Shown here: positions 1-12,885 of the stretch, piece by piece
How positions within the stretch are numbered: the stretch's first letter is position 1
Layout: each line of letters opens with the position of its first letter
Assembly (NCBI GenBank): GCA_964276515.1
Contig: OZ193909.1
Coordinates: 18,910,001-18,974,000, forward strand
Length of the DNA: 64,000 nt
Origin: Gordius albopunctatus
Lineage: Eukaryota
Direction of reading: 5' to 3'
Notes under the pieces: model-generated
What the model was told of the DNA's origin: nothing
What the model saw: only the letters and a program-made list of their open reading frames with translations
The model's database searches: none
Made by a program: the position numbers and the translations under genes

Positions 1-168
1 GGTCAACTTATTTATAAGTGACAAGAATTTTTAACCAGACAAGTGAGACTTAGATTTAGTCTAGATACTTCATAGCCTCTTGCATGAATGCAAATAAACA
101 GTTAAGCTGTTATGGAGCAAAAATATAATGTGTATAAATAAAATAGGAATGCTTACCAATTTGTAAAA

Positions 169-1409
169 GGGCTATTCCATGTCGTTTCGTCAAAAAAAAA
201 GACGATTTTCGGCCCACCATCTCAGATCGAGCTTATTTTTTGTGAGAATGTGGACCCTATAGGAAATAATAATTTCTGAAAATTTTAGCCATTTTGGGCC
301 AATACTTTTTAAGTTATGGACGCTAAAATGGCCAAAATCACGCTCGAGTGCGTTTTACAAATTTTACTTTTATCGCCATAATTTCAAAAATATTGGTGCT
401 AGCTTCGTAAATTTTAGTGCATTTTAATCCTTATAAAATCCTCTACCAGAAAAATTTAACCAAAAACCTCAAACTTTTGTGGCTAAAGTTTTGTGGTCAA
501 ATTTGTACAATAAGTGGTTTTATGCATGGAAATTAATTGACACAAAATTGAAGTATTTTAATAAAATTATAGCCAGTTGAAACAAATAAAATTAATAGGA
601 CATCGATTTTGTGCTTTAATTAATAGCGTTGTTGCACATATAGTTTTAATCATTTAATTGTAGAAAGCTAGGATGACCTGCCAGCTGCGACTTTATATCA
701 TTTAAGGCAATAAAAAGCCAAGCAATTGTAATCTAACCCTGTAAAATTCAGTTAAAAAGTCAGAATGTAATATCAAATTCTCTTAAATTGTTTTAAATTA
801 AGTCGATATTTAAAAATTTTCCATAAAATTATATTCCAACTTTGTTTATTTATCAGATATATCTTTACGTGGCCCTTTAATAATAAAGTATAGTTAAAAT
901 ATCTGATTCGTAATAGTTGTTTATAGCTCCACCTATAAATTAATTTAATTTATTAATGTTTTTTGATTTCCTGACCACCCCATAGCCGTCCCCAAACTTT
1001 TTATTTTATAAATTTGATAATTGGGCATAGGGGAATCCCCATGATGAATTTGGTGATTATAGCTGCTGGCGAAGTAGGTTTTTTTGGATTCCAAAAATTT
1101 GACCACAAAACTTTAACCACAAAAGTTTGAGGTTTTTGGTTAAATTTTTCTGATAGAAAATTTTAAAAGGATTAAAATATACGAAGTTAGCACCAATACT
1201 TTTGAAAATATGACAATATTAGTAGAATTTGTAAAACACACCCGAGCAGGATTTTGGTCATCTTAGGGTCCATAACTCAAAAAGTATTGGCCCAAAATGG
1301 TTAAAATTTTCAGAAATTACTATTTCCTTTAGGGTCTAAATTCTCACAAAAAATCAGCTCGATCTGAGATGGTGGGCCGAAACCGTTTTGATATGTCATG
1401 GAATGGCCC
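169..1409. mobile_element. Non-autonomous DNA transposon (MITE/foldback-like) with ~330-bp terminal inverted repeats
   Basis: 169-504 (GGGCTATTCCATG...TTGTGGTCAAATTT) is the diverged reverse complement of ~1096-1409 (AAATTTGACCACAA...CATGGAATGGCCC). Both flanks are A-runs. No ORF inside. Superfamily not assigned. Confidence 0.85.
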
Positions 1410-1649
1410 AAAAACACGATCATTGAATTGCACACATCAAAACTCTAAATCCTGAATACCTTAAGCCTTTTTTTGTATAAATAATCCTATACATAGAGAC
1501 CTCCAACGGAATTTTAATAATTGCTAAAAATTAAATCAAACGCAATTTTGGTAAAATTATTTATTAAATAAAACGCACATAATTAAATTATAAATCGATA
1601 ATGGAACTATTTTGATGTAAAAAAATACAAGCATCAAAAATCTCCGAGT

Positions 1650-2400
1650 TTAAATTTGTTCTCCGCTCTTCAAAAATGCGGCCCGCGGACGAAAAACACC
1701 TCTACTCGAAGCAGATGAAGCAGGTGTTGAAAAAATCTTACAAGCAAGGCAGCTAAGCGCTGGAAATTGGCCACTGTGGTCTTTCCACCATTCCAATAAT
1801 TCTATATTTTTCTCGTTGATCTTTAACTTTATGTAACTGTCAACTTCATTCTCCTCTACTACTTCCTCCATAATGGATGTTTCATGCCAAGAACTAAAGT
1901 CTTGAAACGATGAACCATCACCAACTAGTTATAAATATTATATTTTAAGAATTAATTACCTTGAACTGAATGAGTGTTGGCACTAACACCAGTTACTTGT
2001 GATTGTAATGAATGGCCCCCATCCCTAGAAACTAGAGATTTAACTACTTGGCATATCATGTAGTTAAATCTGATGGGGGCAACATTTTCAAACTTTTAAA
2101 TTGTGGACATAAAAATATGGCTATTTTATGATTTATATCAAGGGTAAACTTGTTGTGTAAAAATTCTAGACAACGGGATGCTAAAATTTGCATCGTTGTA
2201 TTTTTTGGATTTATGACTCCAACTCTTTATCCAATTTAAAATAATACAAACCAACTAGATGCAAAGTTGGTTTTAGATCTGCCTCTAGATCGTCACTGGC
2301 AATTTTAAAAACCTTCAAAAAGGTTAAAAGCACCTCCACAATATATTAATTTTTATTTGTCATTAAATTTAACATGAAGTGTCGACCCTTCAAGAAGACT
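1650..2400 (-). pseudogene. Degenerate hAT (Hermes/hobo-like) transposase, C-terminal part
   Basis: Translates as FKIASDDLEADLKPTLHLV, then FLHNKFTLDINHKIAIFLCPQFKSL, then the dimerization motif LLEWWKDHSGQFPALSCLACKIFSTPASSASS. Contains stops and frameshifts. GT-AG intron at 1925-1959. Confidence 0.85.
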
Positions 2401-3348
2401 TTTCAATTCACTGTCAACATTAATAAATGTTTCAAACATTCGAAGACGGCTATTCCATCTTGTTTCCACACATATTTTTTATTGGTGTATAAGCTTTGTT
2501 TGCCTTGATTAATATGTAATATATTGATATCATTAAGTTTATGCAAGGCTAACAGACTATTGATAAATTGATATTTGTCGGGGCTATTCCAATCAAACAA
2601 TTTATCCCATTATAATAGCCCTCTAAATGATTATTATTTGTCCATGGGCCTTCAGGCTAAAACATTTGCCACATTTTATAGGGAAACATGCCTTGATTTT
2701 TTATACAGTATCATAGGTTAAATCTTATATATAAAAAAACGATTAATTAAAACTGAACTTTTCGGGGAATTATTTTAAGAGATTCTATATAAGTTATAAT
2801 ATATTATATGTCAAACAAAATTGCTTAATATGCGCAACGAGTCATAATATTTTTATATGCTAGAGCTATATTTAATGAAGGAAAATATGGAAAACTAATA
2901 AAGGTAAGTTTTTGTTCAAAATTTCAAATGAAAAATATAATTTCAAGTTTTGTGCTTGGTCTCTTATAGTTTTACCTGCCGCAGAGAGAATAATATCTGT
3001 GGTCTGTCCGCAGCGCACCATACTTTTAAAAGATATAGTTGACAAAAACAGTGAATTTGATAAAAATGTTACAATTTGCTAGAACAGTCACATTTAATTT
3101 TCTATACTTCAAATTTATTTATAGTGTTTTAGTCTGCACTTTCCATAGAAAATGTTATCTTTATGAATTAATTCATATCTTTATATTGTTAATGAGATGT
3201 CGTGTCCCGCTAAATCTTTGAAAAATTTGTGTATTAAAGTTTTTTAAAAAATATAAAAATTTGCCATTTGGATTTTTAAACACTTTTTTAATATTTTTAA
3301 TAAAACAGGAGAAATTTTTTTTCAATATATATTTGTTTTTAAAAAGTC

Positions 3349-3426
3349 GAGACGAGATCGAGATTTTCATAATCGCTCCCGAGACGAGATTTTGTTTTCG
3401 AGACCGAGACGAGATCGAAACACTAG
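3349..3426. repeat. CGAGAC/CGAGAT subterminal-type repeats ending in CACTAG (probable DNA transposon end)
   Basis: Clustered CGAGACGAGAT motifs followed by CACTA, the reverse complement of a TAGTG hAT-type terminus. Confidence 0.45.
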
Positions 3427-3489
3427 CCTTTAACTTATATATATTTAAAATATCTAATGCTTAAAAATAATTACCATAATTTCCCATAG

Positions 3490-4848
3490 TCTTCTTCTTC
3501 TTTATCATGTTGAAAATCCCACAGACGTGGGGTACGTTTTCAGCAGCCTCTTCCATCTGAGTCGCGTAAATGCCATGCCAATTTCCATCTGTTGACGTCC
3601 ATATCCTTTTCGACCAGTCGTTTCCAGGTGGCACGTGGTCTGCCCCTTCCTCTTCTTCCAGGCACGTCCATCTCCAGCGTTCGGCGTGTGACATCGTCTT
3701 CGTCTCTTCGTAATACATGGCCGTACCACCGCAGTCGATTTTCTCTTAAGAAGTCCTTCGTCGCTTGTATACCCATCATTGTCATCAAGGATTCGTTCGT
3801 CATGCGATCCAGCTTGGTGTACCCTAAGCTCCATCGCACCATTCTCATTTCCGTGACTTGCAAGAGTTTCTCCTCCGCGGTGGTTACAGCCCATGTTTCG
3901 CTCCCGTAAAGCAAGACCGGTCGCACGATGGTTTTGTACGCCTTGCTTTTCAACCAACCGGAGATGCTGCGCCACTTGAGCCATGATTTCTTGATCCGAG
4001 AATGGACTTCGGCGATACATCCTCCCTCTTGATGTAATAGCGAGCCAAGATATGTGAACTTATCAACCTCCGTGTACATTGGACCGTCATTTTTGTGCAT
4101 TTGCGGACTAGCGCCCATCGTTTGCATGTAAACCGTTTTCTTCTCGCTGACCTTTAACCCGAATTCCGAAAAACGTTCTGACCATTTTTTCGCCTGATGA
4201 AAAACCCCTTCTCTTGTTTCATCGCATAGGACAATATCGTCGGCATATAGCATAGTCCAAGGGGCTGGCTTGTGCAAGTCCTTTGTTATTGTATCCATAA
4301 TTAGATTAAACAAGAATGGGCTTAACGCTGATCCTTGATGTAGTCCGATCATTATTCGGAAGGGTTTCGTTACTCCTACGGTAGTCCTAACAGATGCAAC
4401 CGCGCCATTATACATTTCCTTGATAAGTCGAACATATCCTTCGGGTATATTTCTGGCTCTAAGGGACCACCATATTAAGTCTCTCGGAACCGTATCGTAG
4501 GCCTTTTCTAAATCGATGAAGACCATGTGTAAGTTCCCTCTTATGTCGCCATATTTTTCCATCGTCTGCTTCAACGCAAAGATTGGGTTCATCGTTGATT
4601 TACCGGCCACAAATCCAAACTGATTGGGCGAGAGACAAACTTCGTCATTGAGCCTTTTCACTAGCACCCTTTCTAGTAGTTTTAGTGAGTGGCAGGTCAA
4701 CTTGATACCTCTAAAGTTGCCACATTCCTGCGCGTCTCTTTTACCTTTGTATATGGGTATGATCCTACTTTCCCTTCATTGGTCAGGTATACGACTCTCA
4801 TACAGCATAGCGTTAAATAGGCCTGTCATTATGTCGATTCCTTCTTCT
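3490..4848 (-). mobile_element. RTE-clade LINE, 5'-truncated, reverse transcriptase region with (GAA)n tail
   Basis: ORF 3540-4700 contains QFGF, FIDLEKAYD, GLHQGSALSPFLF, YADD, YLGS, LRWYGHVLRR and GRRGRGRPR. A GAAGAAGAAG tail lies at ~3490-3500 on the minus strand. Confidence 0.92.
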
Positions 4849-5349
4849 TCGCTATTACATCAAGAGGGAGGATGTACCGCCGAAGTCCATTCTCGGATCA
4901 AGAAAGCATGGCTCAAGTGGCGCAGCATCTCCGGTGTCATGTGTGACAAAAAGATACCAATTTGGTTAAAAAGCAAGGCGTACAAATCCATCGTGCGACC
5001 GGTCTTGCTTTACGGGAGCGAAACATGGGCTGTAACCACCGCGAAGGAGAAACTCTTGCAAGTCACGGAAATGAGAATGGTGCGATGGAGCTTAGGCTAC
5101 ACTAAGCTGGATCGCATGACGAACGAATCCTTGATGACAGACGAAAGACTTCTTAAGAGAAAATCGACTGCGGTGGTACGGCCATGTATTACGAAGAGAC
5201 GAAGACGATGTCACACGCCGAACGCTGGAGATGGACGTGCCTGGAAGAAGAGGAAGGGGCAGACCGCGTGCCACCTGGAAACGACTGGTCGAAAAGGATA
5301 TGGACGTCAAACAGATGGAAATTGGCATGGCATTCACACGACTCATGGA
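4849..5349 (+). mobile_element. Second RTE fragment, inverted duplicate of 3552-4043
   Basis: Near-identical reverse complement of the 3' part of the adjacent RTE (RIKKAWLKWRSISG...YGSETWAVT...EMRMVRWSLG). Confidence 0.9.
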
Positions 5350-5539
5350 CATCTAAATACAAATGGCTAATTTTTGATAAAGCCTTAGGTGGGGCTTTAT
5401 CCTCTGTCTGTTCTCTATATTATACAAAATGGTTTAGCAATTAAAAATTTTTACACCTCCCCCCTCGGAGCATTTTTTCTGAAAGAAACCCTGCGTATAA
5501 GTGCCAAGCATCCTATAGTTGTTTGGAATTATTAAAGGC

Positions 5540-5911
5540 TTGTGTTCTAAATATCATTTAGCGTTGCGCCCACGCTATGTCCCAGTAGATTTTGTTCAAG
5601 CCAATGTAAGGGCTGTGATTCGTTCCATAACTCTGGTTAAAGGTACATTTGCAAACATTTTGGCTAATATATATTTGAAGGCTGTTTATTTCATTTTTCG
5701 CAAGCCATATCTCGCTAAATGAGGACATTAGGGTTAACAAATTTGTATAATAATAACGCAACTTTTCTAAAATTGGTACGAAGAATGTTAGCAATTCCAT
5801 TTTTATAACCACGTCACATTATATTACTGTAAAATGATTGCATTTCTCAAATCTCTATGATGGCAGAAGGAAGCCTCACGCTGTTTTGAGTATATCAAAG
5901 ACATCTGGGTA
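5540..5911 (+). mobile_element. MULE (Mutator-like) transposase remnant
   Basis: Translates as IFEGCLFHFSQAISR*MRTLGLTNLYNNNATFLKLVRRMLAIPFL, the GCxFHxxQ motif of MULE transposases. Near-identical copy at ~16325-16671. Confidence 0.7.
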
Positions 5912-6554
5912 GACCCTAATGCCATGTTCCCATATCAAATATGGTAAAGGGTCGACGCAGAAGGTCCTCTAAGTCCATTCCATCTTCTATCAATTCATCG
6001 AAAGTCTGTTAACCTTGCAGGAAATTAATGATATTAACATGTTAGGCATCAATCAAGGCAAAAAATTTTACACCAATAAAAAATATAAAATGCTTAACCC
6101 TGTATTGCATACTCTGTATCTGAATACACATACCACAAATTATATAATAATATTTCTTTCATTAAATTTTAAATCAATTGCATGGTGTGTATTTGAAGCC
6201 ACAATCCATATCTTCGATTCGAATGTTAATATTGCCCAAGTGATCTATTATATATTTTTGATTTCGCATTTTATTAAACCTTATTTCTAAAAATGGCTAT
6301 TTTTTTATAAAATTTTTCTTCTCAATTTTATACACATCCTAAAAGGATAAATAATATATTTGACAAATTTCGAAATATTAAAATTCGATAAATAAAATAA
6401 AAATTAATGTTTATGATCTAATTATATATATATTTATTATTTTTGATAATTATATTTTGTAATAATCTTATGTTGCTTAAAGACATATTATGCACCTAAG
6501 GTATTTTATTTGAGTTTTATATTTTTAGAATTATGAGAATCGTGGTACCAAACC

Positions 6555-6645
6555 TAGAGTCCTGCAAAATAAAATTTCTTCTGTCCGAGCCCGGCCCAAA
6601 CCGAGACCGAAAGATTATTTTATTTAGGCCCGACCCGATTTTTTG
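6555..6645. mobile_element. hAT-family terminus (TAGAG(T/C)CCTGCA TIR plus CCCGA subterminal repeats)
   Basis: TAGAGTCCTGCAAAATAAAATTTC followed by CCGAGCCCGGCCC motifs. Same terminus family as 10361, 15963, 17749, 19634, 21007, 47364 and 48318. Confidence 0.65.
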
Positions 6646-6647
6646 AA

Positions 6648-7584
6648 GCAATGCTGTGCTACGTTTAATTTCTTATATACCGCAGCAAATTAATTATAAA
6701 TTATTTTTTGATAACTGGTTTTGTTCAACACATTTGCAAGTCGTACTCGCTCTAAGAGGGATATTTTGCGCGGCCACCGTCAGAGGTAATCGACTACAAA
6801 TATCAACTTCCCAACAGATAAAAAAACAATAATGAATGGAGTCGAGTTAAATTCTGTTAAATGGCACGACAACCGTGCTGTGACCTTATTGACCACTTTT
6901 GTAGGTGCACATCCTCTTATCGATTGCGAGAGATATGATCGAAAGAAAAAAGATAAAATAATGATACAATGTGCAAACATTGTTAAAGTTTATAATAAAT
7001 CAATGGGATGTGTAGATCTTATGGATTCTTTACTTTCATTACATAGAATTCATACCAAATCAAGAAAATGGTACCATCGAATTTTATTTCATGTATTCGA
7101 CATAAATTCTTCGTTGCTATACAAACGGGATTATAATAGTATATAAATAACAGGCAAGGATCGAATAAGTTTGTACAATTTCAAAATTTTGGTGGCGGAA
7201 GTCATTTGTAATTATGGCAAATGCACTACAAACAATACTCCAAAACGAAAATCAGTTTAGACTGGTTATCGGGAAAAATGTAAAAAAGGACCAGCCCAAT
7301 CTTTACCAAATGAAGAGGTTAAGAAAGACCTCACAGCTCACTGGCCCAAATAATGATAAAAAGGGTAGATGTAAACTGCCAGAATGCATATATATTACAA
7401 AAGTATCTTGTAAAAAATTTGGTGTATATTTATGTTTTACGCCCACAAATAATTGTTTTATAGATTTTCATGAAAATTAAAATTTTCAAACATGAAATAT
7501 TTGTTTCAATTCTATAAAATTATATATATTTATAGTTTAGTATAAAAAAAATTATTGTGGAAAAATTGCAATTTGTACCCTTAA
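6648..7584 (+). mobile_element. piggyBac (PGBD-like) transposase 3' fragment, degenerate
   Basis: FFDNWF, KWHDNRAVTLLTT, YNKSMGCVDLMD, KWYHRILFH and the C-terminal Cys-rich domain RCKLPEC...VYLCFTPTNNCFIDFH, with frameshifts. Confidence 0.88.
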
Positions 7585-9350
7585 CCCTCTACTGCATGAA
7601 CTATGTTAGAATAATTTTTTTTTGCAAACTAGATTTTTTTGTCTCGATACTATTGATAATCTCATGCATGGCTCACTTTTTTTAAAATTTTTTAAATATC
7701 TTAGAAGATATTCGGTATGTAGATTCAAATACACATTATGCAATTAAGGGTACAAATTTCCAATAATTTTTATTATACTATAACTATAATTATTTTATAT
7801 GAATTACAACAAATATTTAATGTTGGAACATTTTAATTTTAATGAAAATCTATAAAACATATTTTTCGGCGTAAAACATAAATATACGCCACATTTTTTG
7901 CAAGAAACTTTCGTAACAAATATGCATCCTGGCGGTTTACATCTACCCTTTTTATCATTATATTTGGGCCAGTGACCTGTGAGGTCTTTCCTAACCTCTA
8001 CATTAGGTAAATCTTGGGTTGGTCATTTTTTACATTTTTCCCGATAACCAGTCTCAACTGATTTTCGTTTGGGAATATTCTTTGTGGTGCATTTGCCATA
8101 TTTGCAAAGGACTTCCGCCACCGAAATTTTCAAATTTTATAAGCTTAATCGATCCTTGGCTGCTATGGATATACTATTATAATCCCGTTTGTATTGCACC
8201 CAAGAATTTATAAGTAACATGTCGAATACATGAAATAAAATTCGATGGTACCATTTTCTTGATTTGGCATGAATTCTATATAATGAAATTAAAGATTTCA
8301 CAATGTTTGGACATTTGATCATTATTTTATCCTTTATTTTTCTATCGTATCTTTCGCAATCAATAATAAGATGTGCACCTACAAAGGTGCTCCTCAATAA
8401 GGTGACAGCACGGTTGTCGTGCCACTTCACTGAATTCGACTCCGTTTATTTTATTTTTGGAAACAAAAGAACCTCGTCCTTTTTGTTTCAACTCCTTATC
8501 GGTTGGAAATTGGATATAGTCGATTCCATCTAACCGCGTCTGCGCAAAAAATATCTCTTTGTGCCAGTACGACTTGCAAATGTGCTGAACAAAACCAGTT
8601 GTTAAAAAATAATTTATAATTGATTTGCTGCGGTATATAAGAAATTAAACGTAGCACAGCATTGCCACTTGCTCCAACATCCGGCAATCCTTTCGCTGGT
8701 AGTATTTTCCCAGAGTATATTTCAAAATTATGGAGAAGGCCATCATCTCCGCATAGTAGAAATATTTTATAGCCCCATTTTTTGGGCTTTCGGGGGTTAT
8801 ATTGCTTTAATCTGCTCCTCCCTTTGTATGGAATTATTTGCTCATCTACGCAAATGTCTTCCCCTATCGCTAAAGATTTTAGTATATTTGTGGTTATAGT
8901 TAGCAAGGGTCTAATTAAGTGGGTCATAACCCTCACTTCCAAGTAGAATAAATTTGTCATTATCATTTATATGAATGATTTGATTTGTTGCCAGCGATTT
9001 AGGGTTATGACATCAGCCACCTTTGGCTGTCTTGTATTGGTGGCCCAGTACAGACGTGCTGTTGGAAGTTTAATAATTGCCATGTAAAAAAGAATTCCTA
9101 TAAATTTTTATAATTCATCTGTTGATAAATTTAAAGGTTTATTGGAATTGTGTTAAATTGCATTTAAATTTGATTGGTAAACAATTAGAGGTAATAAATC
9201 TTTGAGATATTTATTAAAATATTCCCTTGGTTTTTTGACTTTATGAACATTTGGGTTATCTCCTTTCCACTTTGGAATAACTAATGGTGATTCTCCCGTT
9301 TCCTTTTTTATTATTGATATTTTCATCCTCTTCCGATTCATTACTCTCAT
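7585..9350 (-). mobile_element. piggyBac element (degenerate transposase) with preserved right terminus CCC next to TTAA
   Basis: ORFs contain CVDEQIIPYKGRSRLKQYNPRKPKKWGYKIFLLC and KWHDNRAV. The terminus TTAA|CCCTCTACTGCAT is at 7581-7597, and an internal inverted repeat ATGCAATTAAGGG is at ~7738-7750. Confidence 0.88.
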
Positions 9351-10462
9351 TGAAATCTAAATATTTATAGATTATGAGCATACATTTTATACACAACGAA
9401 TTATTTGCTAAGTAAATTATATGCTAAAATATATTATAAAATTATTCACATACCCTATAGGTCAATCATACTTAGGTAAATAATTGCAAAATTTTAAATT
9501 TTTTTGCATAAATATATAATAATTACTAAACTTAGGAATTTTTTATCATATGCTCCAAACATATTGATTTACACTAAATACCTCAATGTAAATCATGCAA
9601 ATTAAAATACATAATAATTTACTATAATCTTATGATCAATATTAGCATTTAAAAAACTTAGCATATCAAAATAAAAACTTAGCAATATAAAAAAACTTAG
9701 GTGTGAAAATAACAATAAATATGTCAAATACATATACTTGTTTAAAAAGTTGGGGGACATACATAAAAAATCCCATCAGCTTATAAATTTTGAGCTTTAC
9801 ATAAAATTTCCAAGGGCTTAAAAAACTAAAAGTCGATCGTGATTATTGTCTGGTAAAAATCTTTTCCCGATGTTGGAAAACTTATGCTTAGTATGAAGCC
9901 TAATTATTTTTTTTTTAAGATTATGTATCTGTTGGTACCTATTCTTCTGACACTATTTTTGATCGATTTTTAGGGAAAATGGCAGCCTTTGGACAATACC
10001 CCGATGATATACGGAGGATAATTTTTTGGGGGGTTATAAGAACTTCTATTTTTACCAACTTTAAAGTTAAAAAGAACTCCTAATCGTCCCAAAGAGGCTC
10101 GTGATTATGGTGCTTGGTAAAAGTAGCAAGCTTACTGACCTAAGCTTTAGCTTTGCAAGTTTTTGATCGGCAATCAATTTGTTGAGGGTTGTGAACACCC
10201 ATAAAGAGAAATCTCAAGAATATTTTACCGGGTTATAAAAGTTATTCAGATTTTATTCATATTATCATTGATATAATACACATACAAAAGGTAAATATAA
10301 CGAAAATATATTATCCATAACGTATATAAACACATTATATAACATTACACGGGTCATAGCTAGAGCCCTGCAAAATTGAATTTTATCGGCCCGAGCCCGG
10401 CCCGACTTTTGTAAAAATGTAAATTTTTACCAATTTTATTCAAAAATTTATTTATAAATATA

Positions 10463-11190
10463 TTACGTATCGCGAATATTATGTGATTTAAAATATGAAT
10501 AATTATGGTAAATAAATAAAGTGGAGTCTAATTTATTGGGTTTTAACGAAGTCCTTCTCTCTTCGTAAGCTCGCCTAGCTGTAGAAAAGGCTCGCTCACT
10601 GCTAGCTGATGTAGCAGGTATTGCCAAATACTTTCTAGCCAAATTGCTCAAACAAGGAAATTCACTCTGGTGCATCTTCCACCATTCCAAAACTTCCATA
10701 CCATCAATATAATTCGTATTTAAATATTTATGTAATTCATCTTCCTCACCTTCGTTATCTATTCTGGGCTCTTCCCAACTACTAAAATCTAAAAATTCTT
10801 GCTCCATTATATTATCTAGAAAAATAATAAGTGCTTAATGCAAATTAAAAAATTACCATGCTCGACGGCTATACTAGGCGTAACTGTATTAACCGGAGGA
10901 TTAGCCTTAATCCTTTCCTCCATAATTATTAAATTTCGTATATGATGACAAATGTCATCAAATTCATAGCGAGGCAGCATTATTAAATTTCGATACTTTG
11001 GATTTAATAATGCGGATAATTTATGAATAATATCAAGTTCAAATTTTGAATTTAAAAACGAAAGGGCCTTTTTGGCCAAAGTGTTAAACTCTTCGCTAAA
11101 AAAGGGTTTTTTCAAACATTCGATTAGTCTGTAATAGCATAAGAGTACCATGTTAATTGTCGGCTTTGCATCAGCCTCCAATTCATCACT
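10463..11190 (-). pseudogene. hAT transposase C-terminal part (two exons)
   Basis: ORFs 10816-11181 and 10463-10807 join in frame across a 41-nt GT-AG intron (10816-10856). Contains LEWWKMHQSEFPCLSNLARKYLAIPATSASSERAFS. The N-terminal two thirds are absent. Confidence 0.88.
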
Positions 11191-11338
11191 AAAATATTAA
11201 AATAATGATATCTTACCGATGGGCTGGGATGAGAATGATATTGTGATATTACAATACTGAAAATTAATTATGTAGGGGGTGGCGCTCTTGATTCAAGTTC
11301 AACATCCCCCACCTCCCCCTTTCTCCTAACCTAACAAC

Positions 11339-11541
11339 TAGAGTTGTTAAATTGCTAACTTTCTTAAACTCCAGCTACCTTCTGCTCGAGTTTCTGCTCA
11401 GTCCTCGAGCATTTTTATATGCTAATGTTCTACCTAGTGCACCGAACAGCGAGCACACATTTTGCTAACGCGCATATTAAGCAACTCAGTGTGCGTGCTC
11501 GCGTCTGGATTTTCAAGAAAGTTAGCAATTTAACAACTCTA
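11339..11541. mobile_element. 203-bp hAT-type MITE
   Basis: TIRs TAGAGTTGTTAAATTGCTAACTTTCTT / AAGAAAGTTAGCAATTTAACAACTCTA. Perfect 8-bp TSD CTAACAAC. Second copy at 49730-49932. Confidence 0.92.
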
Positions 11542-12885
11542 CTAACAACTTACCCCTAATAAATCATACTCACATACATTAACACATAAAACACAAACAG
11601 TCTATTGTCTAAATATATTCTCTATGTAAGCATATGGTGTGTAGTAAAATTCTAAATATTTATTTGTAGGGGGATTATTTTGTATTGTAATTATATTTTG
11701 GATTAATATTTATTCAAATTTTTTTCGGGCCACGGGTCGGGCCCGATCCAAGCCCGAGGCCCGATCAATGTTTTAAAATTTGCCCGGCCCGAAAGAGGTT
11801 TTGCCGACGCAACCTATTAGGTTAGGTTAGGCTTTCCAAAAAACCTTGACCTCTTTAGAAACGCTAAAACCTGTCTCAAGGTTAGAGGTCAAAATTAACC
11901 TAAAAACCTCGAGGTCAATTAGAAGCTTAGAGCTTAGGTCAGAGCGTAAAATTAACCTAAACGCTTAGGTTAATAAATATTGACCTAGCCTAAGCTAAAC
12001 CTTTAGGTTAATTTAATTCACCTAAGGTCAATATCTTTTTTTAATATACCGTAAAATTTCAACTTAACTGTCTTCTATATTTTTTACATATATAATAAAT
12101 AATAGAAATTTTACAATTTATTCCAATTAAAAGTAAGGCTAATTAAACTAAAAATATAATATAATTTTAATTTATTTCAATTCTTTAATTTTTAAGAAAA
12201 AATTGCGATTTGGGTTTTTAATACATATCTACCTCTATCAAGTGTTTTATATTTAATTGCCACAATTTTGTAACATATTCTTTTTGTGTGCAATGCCATG
12301 TAGCGTGCGTGGCGTGACTGATGATAGTTTGCTAATTTTTTTTATTTATTTACTAAGTATTTAAATATATGTTAGGTTAATAAATAAAAAATTATCAAAA
12401 TCATTGCAAATAAAACTTTGCCCTTTTTATCTTTTTTTAATACTCACCTGTTTGATTAAAATTTCTAGCTTAAAATTAAAAAAAAATAAGCATTTTAATT
12501 AAAAAACATAGAAGATCAATCAAAATAAAAACTTATCAATTTAATGAAAAAAACTAAGAATTTAAAAGTGATGGTAGTCTGTTATGATGATGTTAGTTGC
12601 GTCGGGTTAGTTAATGCTATTACTTATTAATAAAAGTTTGAAATACCATACGTCATAATTCAATTATTAAGTTTTACTTTGCAAAAATCTCTCGGTCGGT
12701 ACCGGAAGTCGAAATATTAAATGCTGTGTAAAAATTAACAAATTATTTTTCCAAAATTTTTGTAGCAATAACTCTTGAGATGTTTTTATACCAATTTTAT
12801 TCTGTTATAATATACATTGAATATATCTATGCAATAAAATAGTTTTTATGCGTAACATAAATTTCAATTTTACTAAGCATAAATA

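Noticed and set aside
3461..5444. Overlapping ORFs 3461-3718, 3505-4020, 3592-3909, 5092-5352 and 5184-5444
   Set aside because: Alternative-frame or antisense shadows of the RTE reverse transcriptase.
11818..12030. TTAGG telomeric repeat
   Set aside because: Only scattered TTAGG/AACCT motifs within transposon subterminal arms, not a tandem telomere array.
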